DNA from: Cyanophora paradoxa CCMP329
Taxonomy: Eukaryota; Plantae; Glaucophyta
Direction of reading: 5' to 3'
Assembly (NCBI GenBank): GCA_004431415.1
Contig: QPMI01000273.1
Location: 1-64,000, forward strand
Length of the DNA: 64,000 nucleotides
The notes beneath the pieces are model-generated. The model was not told where the DNA came from, made no database searches, and saw nothing but the letters and a program-made list of their open reading frames with translations. This document shows, piece after piece, positions 10,189 through 20,642 of this stretch; position 1 is the stretch's first letter, and each line of letters begins with the position of its first letter. Made by a program: the position numbers and the translations under genes.

Positions 10189-10625
10189 AAGTGGACTCAA
10201 GGTTGACTCATTTTAATCGTAAAAGTAGTAATAGTATATGGATTTTGTTACGAATTCAATGCAAGGGTTGACTAAGTGGGTTGAGTTGACTCAAATTTCA
10301 CAGGAAATATTTGGGACCTAAACTTTTCTAAAAAGGATTTCAAAAAATGTGTCAACTCCCCCCACTTAGTCAACCCTGACCATAAACAGTAAGGATTTGA
10401 GCTAACATGTATCACAAAGTGAACATTTTGAGTCCACTTAGAAGATCCACTTTTGAAATCCAAGTTGATTTTGCTTGAAATTTCAAAGTTGATCTAAAAG
10501 TGAGTCCACCCTGATTGATTATGGTAACAAAGTTGACTAAGTTGACTAAGTTGAGTCATCTTAAGAAATTCAATGAGACTAAGAGTTCAAAATGTTTATG
10601 AAAAGTGAGTCAACTTAGACCACTT
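10189..10625. repeat. Dense array of (A)GTNNAC(T) dyad motifs (gttgac/gtcaac/gtggac/gtccac) in the viral terminal region
   Basis: For example aagtggactcaaggttgactca (10189), tgagtccactta, aagttgactaagttgactaagttgagtca (10530), gtgagtcaactt. Confidence 0.75.
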
Positions 10626-10677
10626 ATGATAACAAAGTTAAATATTTATTTGATTTAATCGGAAAAGAACATGATTT

Positions 10678-10901
10678 AATCGAATTTATTGATATAATTC
10701 CGATTAGATTCATTTAGGATTCAATTAAGATCAATCGAAGTTATTGATATAATTCCGATTAACTACAATTAAGATACAATATCGATTAATCGAGTTTATC
10801 GATATAACATCGATTAAATTAATTGAAAATGTATATAAAAATATGAAAATTCATGTGAAAATTCAAATAAATTAATCGATTTTATTGATATAACATCGAA
10901 T
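10678..10901. repeat. Four 28-bp imperfect palindromic repeats (AATCGAnnTTATyGATATAAnnyCGAwT)
   Basis: Copies at 10678, 10733, 10788 and 10874 (spacing 55, 55, 86). Confidence 0.9.
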
Positions 10902-10902
10902 C

Positions 10903-10975
10903 ACACATATGAATATTCATATTTTAATCCTGAGGCGGAACGCCGAGGGATTAAAATATGAATATTCATATGTGT
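10903..10975. repeat. Terminal hairpin: perfect 28-bp inverted repeat with a 17-nt GC-rich loop
   Basis: acacatatgaatattcatattttaatcc (10903-10930) / ggattaaaatatgaatattcatatgtgt (10948-10975). The loop tgaggcggaacgccgag contains a ggcg-gaa-cgcc mini-stem. Confidence 0.95.
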
Positions 10976-13900
10976 ACCTCGTCCCCCTCGCGTCCGCCAG
11001 ACTTGAACGCGCCTTCACGGCGGAGGACACCGTCATCTGGAACCGCTGCATCCGACTTCCCAAAGATCATACTCTTTTTCTCTCCGATGAACACCTGACT
11101 ATTGTCTCGGACTGCGACATCCTCCGCGCCTACTCCGCTTTCCTTGAAGCCTTAGGACGCAGAGACATCACTCACAGCATCTCCTTCCAGTGCTGCTCCC
11201 CTCCCAACCCAATCTTCCTTCAACCACTCCCCGAGGACGCCCCTGATGTTGACTACCCTGATCCCGGGCCTACAAGGAAACTCGCCCTCGACTATTACTT
11301 AGCCCATCCTAGGGCTTCCGGCCCCACCTGGCATTTCTACCCCACTTCCCTCTGCAAACCCGCTGTCCCCGCCGACCGTAACACGCCTCTCCCCGCCTGG
11401 TACTGGGACGAGGACCTTACACTCGCCCCCACCTCCCAGACCGAGGCTGGCACCCCTCTGGTCGCGTACCACCGTTGCGACCCTGGCATGTGGGGCATCC
11501 CTATTTCCTCCCTGATCGCAGAACAATGGGCACGGGGACCCGCCCTGTCCTGCCCGCACTGCCACCCCACCCCCGCCCCGCCTGGCCCTCCACCCACGTT
11601 CCCTCTCCGCGACCAAACCGGCGCCCTTCCTGTTTTATTCGAACGCTATGGACGCCGAGCCATCCCCTACTCAGCTGCCATCGACCCTGACGGCCCCAGG
11701 TATGATCGCCGAGTACTTCCCCTCCTCGACGGCATAAAATCTCGCCTGGCTGCCCTTAAAGCGGCCCCCCTCTCCCTCATCGACCCCAACCCTCGGTCTG
11801 GGGCCCACCTGGCCACACCCGTTCTCCTCGCACAACCCATACCTGCAGAACCCGTCGACGCGTTCTTCAGACTTCTTCAAAACCGACAAGTCTCCTTCCG
11901 CCTGCATGCCCCGACCACCCCCAAGTGCCTCTTCCTCTCGTCCTCCCACGCAACCTCGATCCTCATGGGCACAGCCCCCACTGCCCTCTCTCTCAAGGCC
12001 CGCGCAGGCCAGCCGCAAACGGACCGACCCTACGTCCCGCACCCTTTCTCCCCAACGGAATACGATTATATTCTCCTCCCCCTGCCCCCCTCTGGGTCCC
12101 GGCCCTGGCGACTAGCAATCATCTCGGCCCGCCTCCGCGAAATCCGCATCCTGGACGTCACCCGCAAACCCGCCTCCGACGTCACGGTCCCTCTTAAAGA
12201 CTGGGTCATCAACTGGTGGACGGCGACTCTCCGCCCCGGCGACCCCTCCCCACGCTCGGCCTGGAAGTACGACACCAGCACCTTCCCCACACAAGCCTGG
12301 AAAAACGTTCACACGGGTGAAGACGCTCTCTTCGTCATGACCGCCGCTGAGTTCATTGGCCGCGGTGAAGAAGTCCACCTGTACGGCAAAGGACGGGGCC
12401 GCCCCATCCCCTTCCACGCCCCCATCTACCGGGAACGTTGGGCGGCCGCTCTCCTTCTCCGGGACCCTGAGGTCCTCCTGGGGACAGTCCAGGCCAACGA
12501 CCCGGCATTTACAACAAAACGACAGCGCATGACCCCGCGCACCAGCTCCCGCCCCTCCCAGCACACTGCAGCCAAAGTCCGCCGTCTGGTCAGACGCAGA
12601 CGAGACCCCACCCCTCCTCCCTTTGGTCCTCCCCCCTCCCCCCCGTCCCTTACACCGGTACCCCCCCGGTCTCCCAATCCCCCCCCCTCCTCCCCGCAGC
12701 CCCCCACCCTCCCCCCACCCGGCTCTTCCCCACCCCCACGCCCCCCGGCGCCCGCGGCCCGACCCACTGCTTCCCCAGGCCGAACCCCCGCTCACCCGAC
12801 TGAATTTCCCCTCCCCCGCCCTCTGACGCTGACGGAGAAAAGTTGGCTGGGGAATGCCCTCCGGTTTGCAGACAATGATTACTGCGCGGAGCAAACTCTC
12901 ATGTCGAAGCCCCCCCCCCACCCGCCCCCCGACCCGATTCCCACCGCTACTCACTCATTCGACGAGGCGACCTTATCCACCTCCGGCCGAATGCCGCCCT
13001 CAGCCTCCCCCTCGTGGAAGCCTTCCTTGACATGCTCTCCTCCCGTGAAGCCGCCCTGGCCTCGCCTCACCCTGCCTACTTCCTGTCGTCCAGCTCTTAC
13101 CCCGCTAGTGCAGCCTCCCAATTTGACTCTCGGGGCTCTGCCCTTCTCCCCCTGCACCAATACCTTCCCCCCGGACGCCTTCTCGATGCCCGCCTTGTCC
13201 TTGTCCCCATCCTTACCTATCGCCCCACTCATCATACCCCACCAGCCCCCTCGCCGACCCCTCCCTCAGGCAGACCCCGGCACCCTCAGGGCCCCCCGGG
13301 ACACTGGCACCTACTTGTTTTATTTCCTCAGACGCGCTCGTTCTACATTCACAACGGCTCCCTCGACGTCCCTGATCACCTTGTCTCCTTTGCACAAGAC
13401 TTGGCGGCCACTTGGAGTCAACGCGACTCTGGTTCTCCCCTCCCCCTCACTCCATTCTGCAGATGGACCTATCTACGCCCGGAGACATCCCTCTCCGTTC
13501 TCCAGCCTCCCAACAGCACGGCCTGCGGCCCTCTCCTCCTCCTCACAGCTGACCTACTCAGTCGCTCCTCAGCACTTGCCCCGTCGGACTTGCCCCGCCC
13601 CCCAGCCTACATTCAGGTCGACAATGCTGCGCTCCGCAGATACCGTGAATATATTGCCCTCAGCCTCTGCTACGGGTCCGTCACCCTCGACCCTATATGC
13701 TGTGGCCCTGCCCTCCCGGCCCTCAGACCCCCACCGACCTTCCCGGGGCGTCCCCAACCGCCACGCCGCCCCCCGGTCTCCACTGGCGGCACCCTGCCTA
13801 CCCTAGACTCCCCACCATCCTCCCCCGACCACCCAGCCCTCCCGCGCTCCCCAACTGTGCTTGAGTCTACCCCGCCTCGCCCTGCAGGGCCCGCCACCCC

Positions 13901-16337
13901 CCTCCCTCCCGGTGCTCGCTACGCCCAAGAACTCGCCTCTCAGCTTGCTGACCTGGCCCGCAACGAAGCTTCCGCCACAGCACGCCGTCTCTTCCGGCCG
14001 TCCCACGTGACCCCACTCGAGGCGGCGACCATCCTCGCTGAAGCCGCTCACCGCGACGCCGCCCAGCCGCCACCACGGTCCGCCAAAACATCTAAAACAG
14101 TTGCAAAGAAAGAGGCGGCCCGGACCCCGGCCAAGAACCGTATCCCGAACCCAGCCTATACTCCTGACAACTGCCACAATGATGCCGCTGACAAACTTGC
14201 CAAAACGGCCCCCGACGCCCCCCTCTCAGCCCTGCTCTTCATTCCCCACAGTTTCAAATGCTTCCTCATCCGCGTCGGCCTCCCGCCCCCGTCATCCCAA
14301 GGCCCAGTCCCAGGAGCCGAGCCCTACAGAGGCAGACTCCACGCATACCGCGTTGAGGGGGACCCCCGCTCTCACTTCCTAGCCGAAGCCTCCCTCTCCC
14401 AATACCTCGACTGGCGCCAGCTTCGCAACGCGGGGGCCGTCCTCAGCAATCCTCACGTTACCCTCGCCCCAGCCCTCTCCCTCGTGTCCGACACGCCACC
14501 GGACCGCCGTACCCCCACAGGCGATCACCTCCGCAAAGTCAGATTCCAGTGCATTCTTGGAGGCCTTCCCTCCCTCACCATCCGCCTCCTCCACGACCCC
14601 GACCTATACGGCCCTCTCTTTCCTGACGGTATCGCCCACTGCCCCTTCTGTCACCTCCCCCCCACCCCTGCCCCTGTCCCCGAGGACTCTGCTCCCCCAC
14701 CCCCACCCTCCCCGCCCCCTGCTACGTGTACCCCCCCGGGGTCCCCCTCGCCCTCTTCCCCACCGAAGGCCGCAGACCCCAGACAGCCCGACCCCACAAC
14801 CCACCCCCCCGAAGACTTCATTCACATATTTACTTGCCCCGCCGCTCGCCTCCTCCTCCAAGCTTTCCAGGACGCACTCGTGACCTTCCTCCGCACCCGG
14901 GTTCTCCGCCACTCGCCCAAACCCTTCGGACACGACGATACTATTTTTCAACTCTTTCCCTTCCTCCGCCTCGTCTCCCCTGACCCCGCCTCTCCCCCCC
15001 AATCCGCCCTCCTCTCCCCCAACGCAACTCCGGCCCTTTTCCGCCCCCCAGGTCTCACCGATACCCTATGGAAAAAGTTTAGCCCGGCCCTGGCTGACAT
15101 GCTCCCCTTCCCCGCCCCTGCCCTCCTGCGCCTAGGTACCCCGGCAGGATTGCCCGCCCTCTGCACAGCCCTGGGCATCAACAAGACCACCACAATGTCA
15201 ATCCAAAAAGATCTAACGCTACTCCTCGACCAACACCTCCGTGCGATCTGGAGGGACCGCTGCGCCCGCAACCACGCCTGGGAGCTCCGACAAGGCATCA
15301 CTGACCGAACCAAACGTCGATACCGCAAACATGCCGACACCAAACCCTCCCGCTCGCCGCCAGTACAGCCGCCTGGTCCCCCCCTTCCCCCCGCCCCCCC
15401 CGCCCCCTCCCTCCATGATACCATCTCCATCACTGACTTCTGCTGCGGATTGGACTCGGAAGGCCAACCATGGGTTCTCCTGGAAAATTTCCGCCAGGCA
15501 ATTGCACGACTCCCTGCCGCCCCCTCGCCTCAGGCCGCCCCCTCCCCCCAGGCCCCCCCCTCCCCCCAGCCGCCCGATGCCGGAACCGTCGCCATGACAT
15601 CTGACTTCTCTTGCACCTGCGGCATTCGATTTGCCTCCGCAGCTGCCCTCCAGGCCCACTCCGACGCCAGACGGGGAAAGTGCCCCGCTCGCCCTGAGCC
15701 CATTTCATGCTCCGCCTCCCGACCTGCTGCACCCCCAACGCAACCATCACACAAGAACCCCGACAACGGTACCCTGCCCGCTTCGCCTGCGGGCCCTACG
15801 TTCACTACTCAACCTTCCAAGCACCCCGCCCCAACGCCCCCCCTGGCCCCTCCCTCGAAACGAACTCGCCCGTCGCCTGCCTCACGCAAACGGACAGCCG
15901 ATACTCCCCCCGCCCCGGCACCCAAACGCCCGCGCCCCATGACCCCTCCCCTTCCCGCCTCTGCACCCGCCCCACCCGCACCTAGGCCTACGGCGAAAAG
16001 AAAGGCAGCCGGTCGCAAGACCCCCAAGCGCGGGACCAAAAAAGCGCGAACGGTGTCGATACCCGCTGGACAACCCACAATTACGTCCCTCTTCGCACCT
16101 GGAGTGTACAAACCACTTACGACGCTGCAAGTAGCCGACTCCCCCCCCCCTCCTCGCTTCAGCTGGCCCCCCCGACCGGGACCCCGCACGATGCCGCCCC
16201 GCCGCCCCCTACGGTCCCTCCCCCGGCCCCAATTGACCCGCAAGTGTCGAACCCCTCGTCGACTCTTTGCTCTCTGCCTGCGGGCGCCTCCTCTTGATGA
16301 ATCTGCCTTCGGGCACAATACCCTGTCTGTCTATTGA
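10976..16337 (+). CDS. C-terminal part of a retroelement polyprotein: degenerate Ulp1-like domain, second Ulp1/C48 domain, RNase H C-terminal helix, RT-associated CCHC zinc finger (frameshift in the C-run at ~12910-12919)
   Basis: YDYILLPL..RPWRLAII..REIRILD (copy 1); IRRGDLIHLRPN...GHWHLLVL..FYIHNGS...QPPNSTACG (copy 2); HNDAADKLAK; GLPSL.IRL...CPFC...EDFIHIFTC; IWRDRC.......E..GI. Confidence 0.7.
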
Positions 16338-16482
16338 ATCTCCGATGATGGCGGCCATGCCCATTCGTTTCCCGCCACCTCCGTCGGCCGTTCCTTAGCG
16401 TCTCGCCCGTGCCCAGCGATCGCTTTCGTCGCTCCACTGCTCTTGTAACTCATCCATCTCCTGCGCAGTGCTTACACTCCTC

Positions 16483-18267
16483 ATGCCTCCCAGGCGTGCC
16501 CCCGCGCCCCAGGCGCCTGATGGCGCACCTTCGGCGGACGTGATTGTGACCGATTACTTTGATGAGCTTGATGATGAAAACGCGGAAGAGACTTCGGATC
16601 TTCCCCGTCGCGGCCCCCGCAAGCCTGCAGTCCCTGCACTTCGGCTGCTTGAGAAGCCTTCTTTGAACTCTTGGCCCATCTTTGTCTCTGCCCCAGTTAC
16701 TCAGAAATATGGCACTTACGTTGTGTGGCCTGGTAGCCGTCAGGCGCTGACCGAAGCTCTCTCCTCTTTTGCTGAGGCGAATGCCATTTTCTCTGGTGTC
16801 AATACTTCTTGGTCATTGGACCCTGTCTGGGGGGAAACTGCCGACATCCGCAAGATCTCTGCTTCTGATCGTGATCTTTTCCTTAAGGGCCGTGCTAAGT
16901 CGCTTGAGAGTCTTTTTTCTAAGCAGCGTGCCTTTTCTGGCAGTAGTCTGTATGTCGATCGTTTACTGCCTCAGCAGTCCAAATCTTTTGTGCATTCCCA
17001 GACCCGTGAGGTCTATCCGAATAATATTCGGCAGTGTGATGCCCATCGCTTCAAATTGTTTCCTTCCTTATCTCTTGGTGCTTTTGGATCCTACTTTCAC
17101 ATGCACCGTTCGATGCTCTCCCTTCTTGAGCTTCTTCCTGAGAATCATGTAGTTCGTCAGCGGATTAGTCAGGATCATCTCCGGTCTCCTTCTACTCGTG
17201 CTCTTGATCACCTTCAGGCTGCTTCTGTTGTTATGGTGCACCCTCCTTCTGGTGATTCTCCTCCTTCCAGCTTTTTGTATGAATTCGGGTATCAGTCCCC
17301 CACACCTCGTATGCTTGAGCTTGATGAGGCTCTTCGTAATGTAGCACAGTTTTCTAACGAAGAATTCCTCGATGAGCTTGTGGCTTTTGAGGCAGCCCTT
17401 CGATCTGAAGACGACCTTTATCTTTCTTCCAAATATGCCACATATCCTCATTGGCTGTCAGATAAGGGTGTCACTGTGCGCTCCTCCCTTCTGGGGGATG
17501 GTGACTTCCCACGCCTTCTCGCAGTGGCTTTCCACTTGCCGGTCACATCTTGTTCTCCGACTATCTCTGAGTCTGTGGATAGATCTTCATATACCACTTT
17601 TTGCCGGCCGAATTTCCAGCCTTGGTCTACTGTGTCTGTGTCCTCTTCCCACTGCCGTTTTTCCTTGCTTGTAGAGGTTCCTGTCACTCATCCTCTCCAC
17701 TTGGCCTCTCGTGGGCAGTATGACAAGCTAAAATCTTCTTTGGGCCATCCTACTAAGATTCAGTCTCTTGGCCTACAGGGCCCTCATGGTGTTAGTCGAT
17801 TTCATGTCAACTCTCCTCGTCCTGAGTTTGCTAGCGCCCCCTACTGGGCTTCCGTCGCTGATCCCACCCGCTCCTCCAACATGAATTACTTTTCTGCGAA
17901 TACTGCAGCCAATTGCAGCCTCCCTGCAGTCCAGGAGTGTACCGATCACACCCATCCCATTCGTACTGCGTATTATACCATTCGGACTCTTTCTGATTCT
18001 CGCATCCTGTATCATTTCCATCGTGATCCTACTTTCTACTTTTTGCCTGCTGCTGTTTCTGACGCTATTGAGTCTTTCCACATTAAGCAGAAGGGTCAGC
18101 ATGTCGCAGATATCATTACTCGTGAGGCTCGTGATGCTCGTCAGTCTTCTAGCGCTGCTGCTTCATCCTCTCGTGTCCGTCGTTCTCCTTCTCCTCCTCC
18201 GAAGCGTGGCCGTTCTTCTGGAGGGAGCCATGGCTCTAAAGATGATATGGATGAGGCAGTTTTGTAA
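16483..18267 (+). CDS. Hypothetical protein (~594 aa), possibly ORF1-like, associated with the retroelement
   Basis: Long intronless ORF with T-rich codon usage unlike its neighbours; acidic N-terminus and basic/Ser-rich C-terminus; no motif recognised. Confidence 0.7.
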   Translation: MPPRRAPAPQAPDGAPSADVIVTDYFDELDDENAEETSDLPRRGPRKPAVPALRLLEKPSLNSWPIFVSAPVTQKYGTYVVWPGSRQALTEALSSFAEANAIFSGVNTSWSLDPVWGETADIRKISASDRDLFLKGRAKSLESLFSKQRAFSGSSLYVDRLLPQQSKSFVHSQTREVYPNNIRQCDAHRFKLFPSLSLGAFGSYFHMHRSMLSLLELLPENHVVRQRISQDHLRSPSTRALDHLQAASVVMVHPPSGDSPPSSFLYEFGYQSPTPRMLELDEALRNVAQFSNEEFLDELVAFEAALRSEDDLYLSSKYATYPHWLSDKGVTVRSSLLGDGDFPRLLAVAFHLPVTSCSPTISESVDRSSYTTFCRPNFQPWSTVSVSSSHCRFSLLVEVPVTHPLHLASRGQYDKLKSSLGHPTKIQSLGLQGPHGVSRFHVNSPRPEFASAPYWASVADPTRSSNMNYFSANTAANCSLPAVQECTDHTHPIRTAYYTIRTLSDSRILYHFHRDPTFYFLPAAVSDAIESFHIKQKGQHVADIITREARDARQSSSAAASSSRVRRSPSPPPKRGRSSGGSHGSKDDMDEAVL

Positions 18268-18604
18268 ATTGATTGTGCTTGCTCCTGCTTCTACCTTTGT
18301 CTTGTGGGTTGCCACCCTCAATACCCCGGGCGGCTCGATAGGGAGCGGGTCGTTCCGGGATTCGGGGTTTTCCATGGCGGGGACCCTGTGGGTCTCTGCA
18401 TGGTTGCTCTCCCTTTGCTCTTTTGGCGCAGGGGCTTCGGCCCCTGCCCCTAGCGGTGCGTACGCACATCACTACCTGTGCCAGGAAGGTCCCTGGCGTG
18501 CCTTGCACGTCCCTTTAGGGGCCTCTGCGGCGCTGCCATACCTTTTCACCCTGGTCCACGGGCGTGTCTTTTGCTTCATCTCTCTCTCTCTCCCTCGTCG
18601 ACTC

Positions 18605-18742
18605 CGGCCACCCCTATGGCTTCGGCCCCCCCACTGGCTTCGGCCCCCCCCTCGGCTTCGGCCACCCCATCGGCTTCGGCCCCCCCCCCCGGCCTCGGCC
18701 ACCCCATCGGCCTCGGCCACCCCTCTGGCTTCGGCCATCCCC
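18605..18742 (+). repeat. 18-bp tandem repeat (ggcttcggccmccccmyc-like), ~7 degenerate units
   Basis: Direct inspection. Confidence 0.85.
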
Positions 18743-20642
18743 CCTACTCCGACCGCCCCCTCCCGACCCCTCGCGACCCGCCTCGTCTCCGCACTCCCCG
18801 CTCTCTGCGCCGCCTGTCAGTGCCCACGCTCACTCCACTCTGCCGTCCTGGCACCTCTCCCTGCCCTGCCCCGCATCCGCTGCCCACCCCCTACCGCTGC
18901 CTCCGCCCACTCCCTCTCCTTCCTCATATCTTCCTCCTACCACCTTCTTCACCTCGACAGAAAGGGACACCGATTAATCGGGGTCCTGGGGCGCAGGTGA
19001 GGAGGAGGGAGGAGGCAGAGTGAGGAGGAGGAGGGGTGGCGGAGCGGCGGCAAGGGAGGGCGGCGGACTGCGAGACATTTCACTTCCAGGGCTCATGAGG
19101 GATGGAGGAGTTGATCAAGGGGTGGGCGCGCGGGTCTGGTTACGGCTATCACCGAAAACCATGGCTCCCCCACTCAGGCGAACCTCCCATATTGAGCGAC
19201 CCATGGCCGGCACCTTGCTAGCATCTTCGGCTAGATAGATGACCGGTCGGAAGGGCGCGTCACGTAGAACATTGATACATGTGCCGTGGTGTATCAATGC
19301 GACGTCCACTTTTGCAAAAAAAAACCGGGGAGGTCGAGGTGGCCGGCGGGGAGCTCCCCGAGGGCGAGGCGGGGCCCCCCGGCTGGGCCGGGCGGTCGGG
19401 AGGGAGGGAGAGGCGCGTCAGGTCGACGGGGGGCGCCCTCCGCGCGCGGGCTCGCCGGGAGCTGTGCCGGCGGCCGCGGCCACGGGCGCCGCCGCCTGCA
19501 GCTGCTGTCAACGTCGATCGTGATAACTTCCAGAAGCGCCCTGCAGCCGACGCTGACGAAACAGATGCCGCCGAAGTGCAGCCTTGAATGCGCTCCCCGA
19601 ACCTCGCGCGCCCTCGCGGTCGATCGAGCTCGCGCTCGAAATTAAAGACGCGCTAGCGCTCAATCGCTGGCTTCGTGCGCCTCGCTGCGCGAGAGTCTGG
19701 ACGACTGCTGGCGAAGGCGGGTTCAACGGTTACTTAAGGAGCTTCGAGCTCGAGTGCTCCGGGGATCCGCGTGCGCGAGCTCGAGCTCCTGAAAGCGGCG
19801 CCGGCCGCGGCGCCGGCGGCCGCGGCGGCGGCGGCCGCGGCGGCGGCGCCGGTCGCGATCGCGAGCTCGAGGCCTAGGCCACGCCGCGCAGGACGTTCCG
19901 CTGATCGCCGCCTCCCCCTTCATTATAGACAATATCAGCTTGCCTAGTATTGTCTCAGCCTCCCCCTTCGCTGATCGCGGGAACCTTGCCTAGTCAGCGC
20001 GCGCTCGCGATCGGCTGCAGCTGAGATATCGATCCCGATCCAGAGCGCGCGAGGCGCGAGGCGAACGCGCACCTGGCAAGCTCATGAGCGACGCGTTGGC
20101 CGCCCTTGCGTCGTCCTCGGCCATCTTGCTTCGCGCTTCGGGCCGCGTAACCGAGGACGGCTTGACGGCTTGACGCTTGGGGTACGCACCCAAACGAGCG
20201 CTCAGACCGCGACGTCGACCAGGCAGCGTTCGCCCCGCGCAGCCGCTCCGTTCGATCCAAGAGACGCTCGGCTCGGCTTGGAAGGTCGGCCGGGCGGTTT
20301 TCCGGCGAGGAAGGCGGAGCGAAGTGGTCCGCCGACGCGCAGCCGCGTCGCGTCGTGCGGAGGCTCTTGGTGCATCAAGCGGACGTGCAGCGCCGATTCA
20401 GCGCTCCCGGCAGCGCGGCCACGTGTGAACGCGTGGCCGCTTTGAGCGCTGACATCAGCGGCTTGCCGCGCGAGCGGCAGCCGTGGCGCGACACGAGCGC
20501 CATCTATCGCCGGCACAAGCGGAGGAACTGCGGCGGACTCGCGAAGGACGACGAGGCGGCCGCTGGGGGCTCGGCGGGACGCCTCCGTTGAGGCCGCGGC
20601 GCGTTCATTCCGGAGGCGGCGTCGCGGCGGCGGGAAGCGGCG

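Larger units (their letters stand above)
1..10975. mobile_element. Endogenous viral element (Polinton-like virus / small Nucleocytoviricota-like), right end; continues off the left edge of the window
   Basis: AT-rich, intronless, densely packed ORFs with a penton-like C-terminus, fibre proteins, a lipase and a viral-type zinc ribbon. About 1.07 kb of repeat-rich non-coding terminus follows, then an abrupt switch to C/GC-rich DNA at 10976. Confidence 0.85.
10976..18970 (+). mobile_element. 5'-truncated non-LTR retrotransposon-like element (right boundary approximate)
   Basis: Intronless, strongly C-skewed + strand with long ORFs carrying LINE-type C-terminal motifs. No RT domain is visible in the window. 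Confidence 0.6.

Noticed and set aside
10678-10901. CRISPR-like array (28-bp palindromic repeats with 27-bp spacers)
   Set aside because: The repeats are degenerate, the spacers resemble each other (caattaagat), the spacing breaks down, there are no cas genes, and the context is eukaryotic/viral.
1-10975. Bacteriophage or bacterial contamination
   Set aside because: Despite phage-like fibres and speD, the penton-like motif, A-rich ATG contexts without evident Shine-Dalgarno sites and CpG depletion favour a eukaryotic virus. A chimeric join cannot be fully excluded without reads.
10909-13806. 965-aa ORF as a real gene starting at 10909
   Set aside because: Its ATG lies inside the viral hairpin and simply reads into the truncated retroelement frame. 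After the C-run at ~12915 the conserved protein continues in another frame.
19300-20125. Possible minus-strand gene beginning MAEDDARAANASLMSLP (F-box-like start)
   Set aside because: I could not build a consistent exon chain or recognise a domain.
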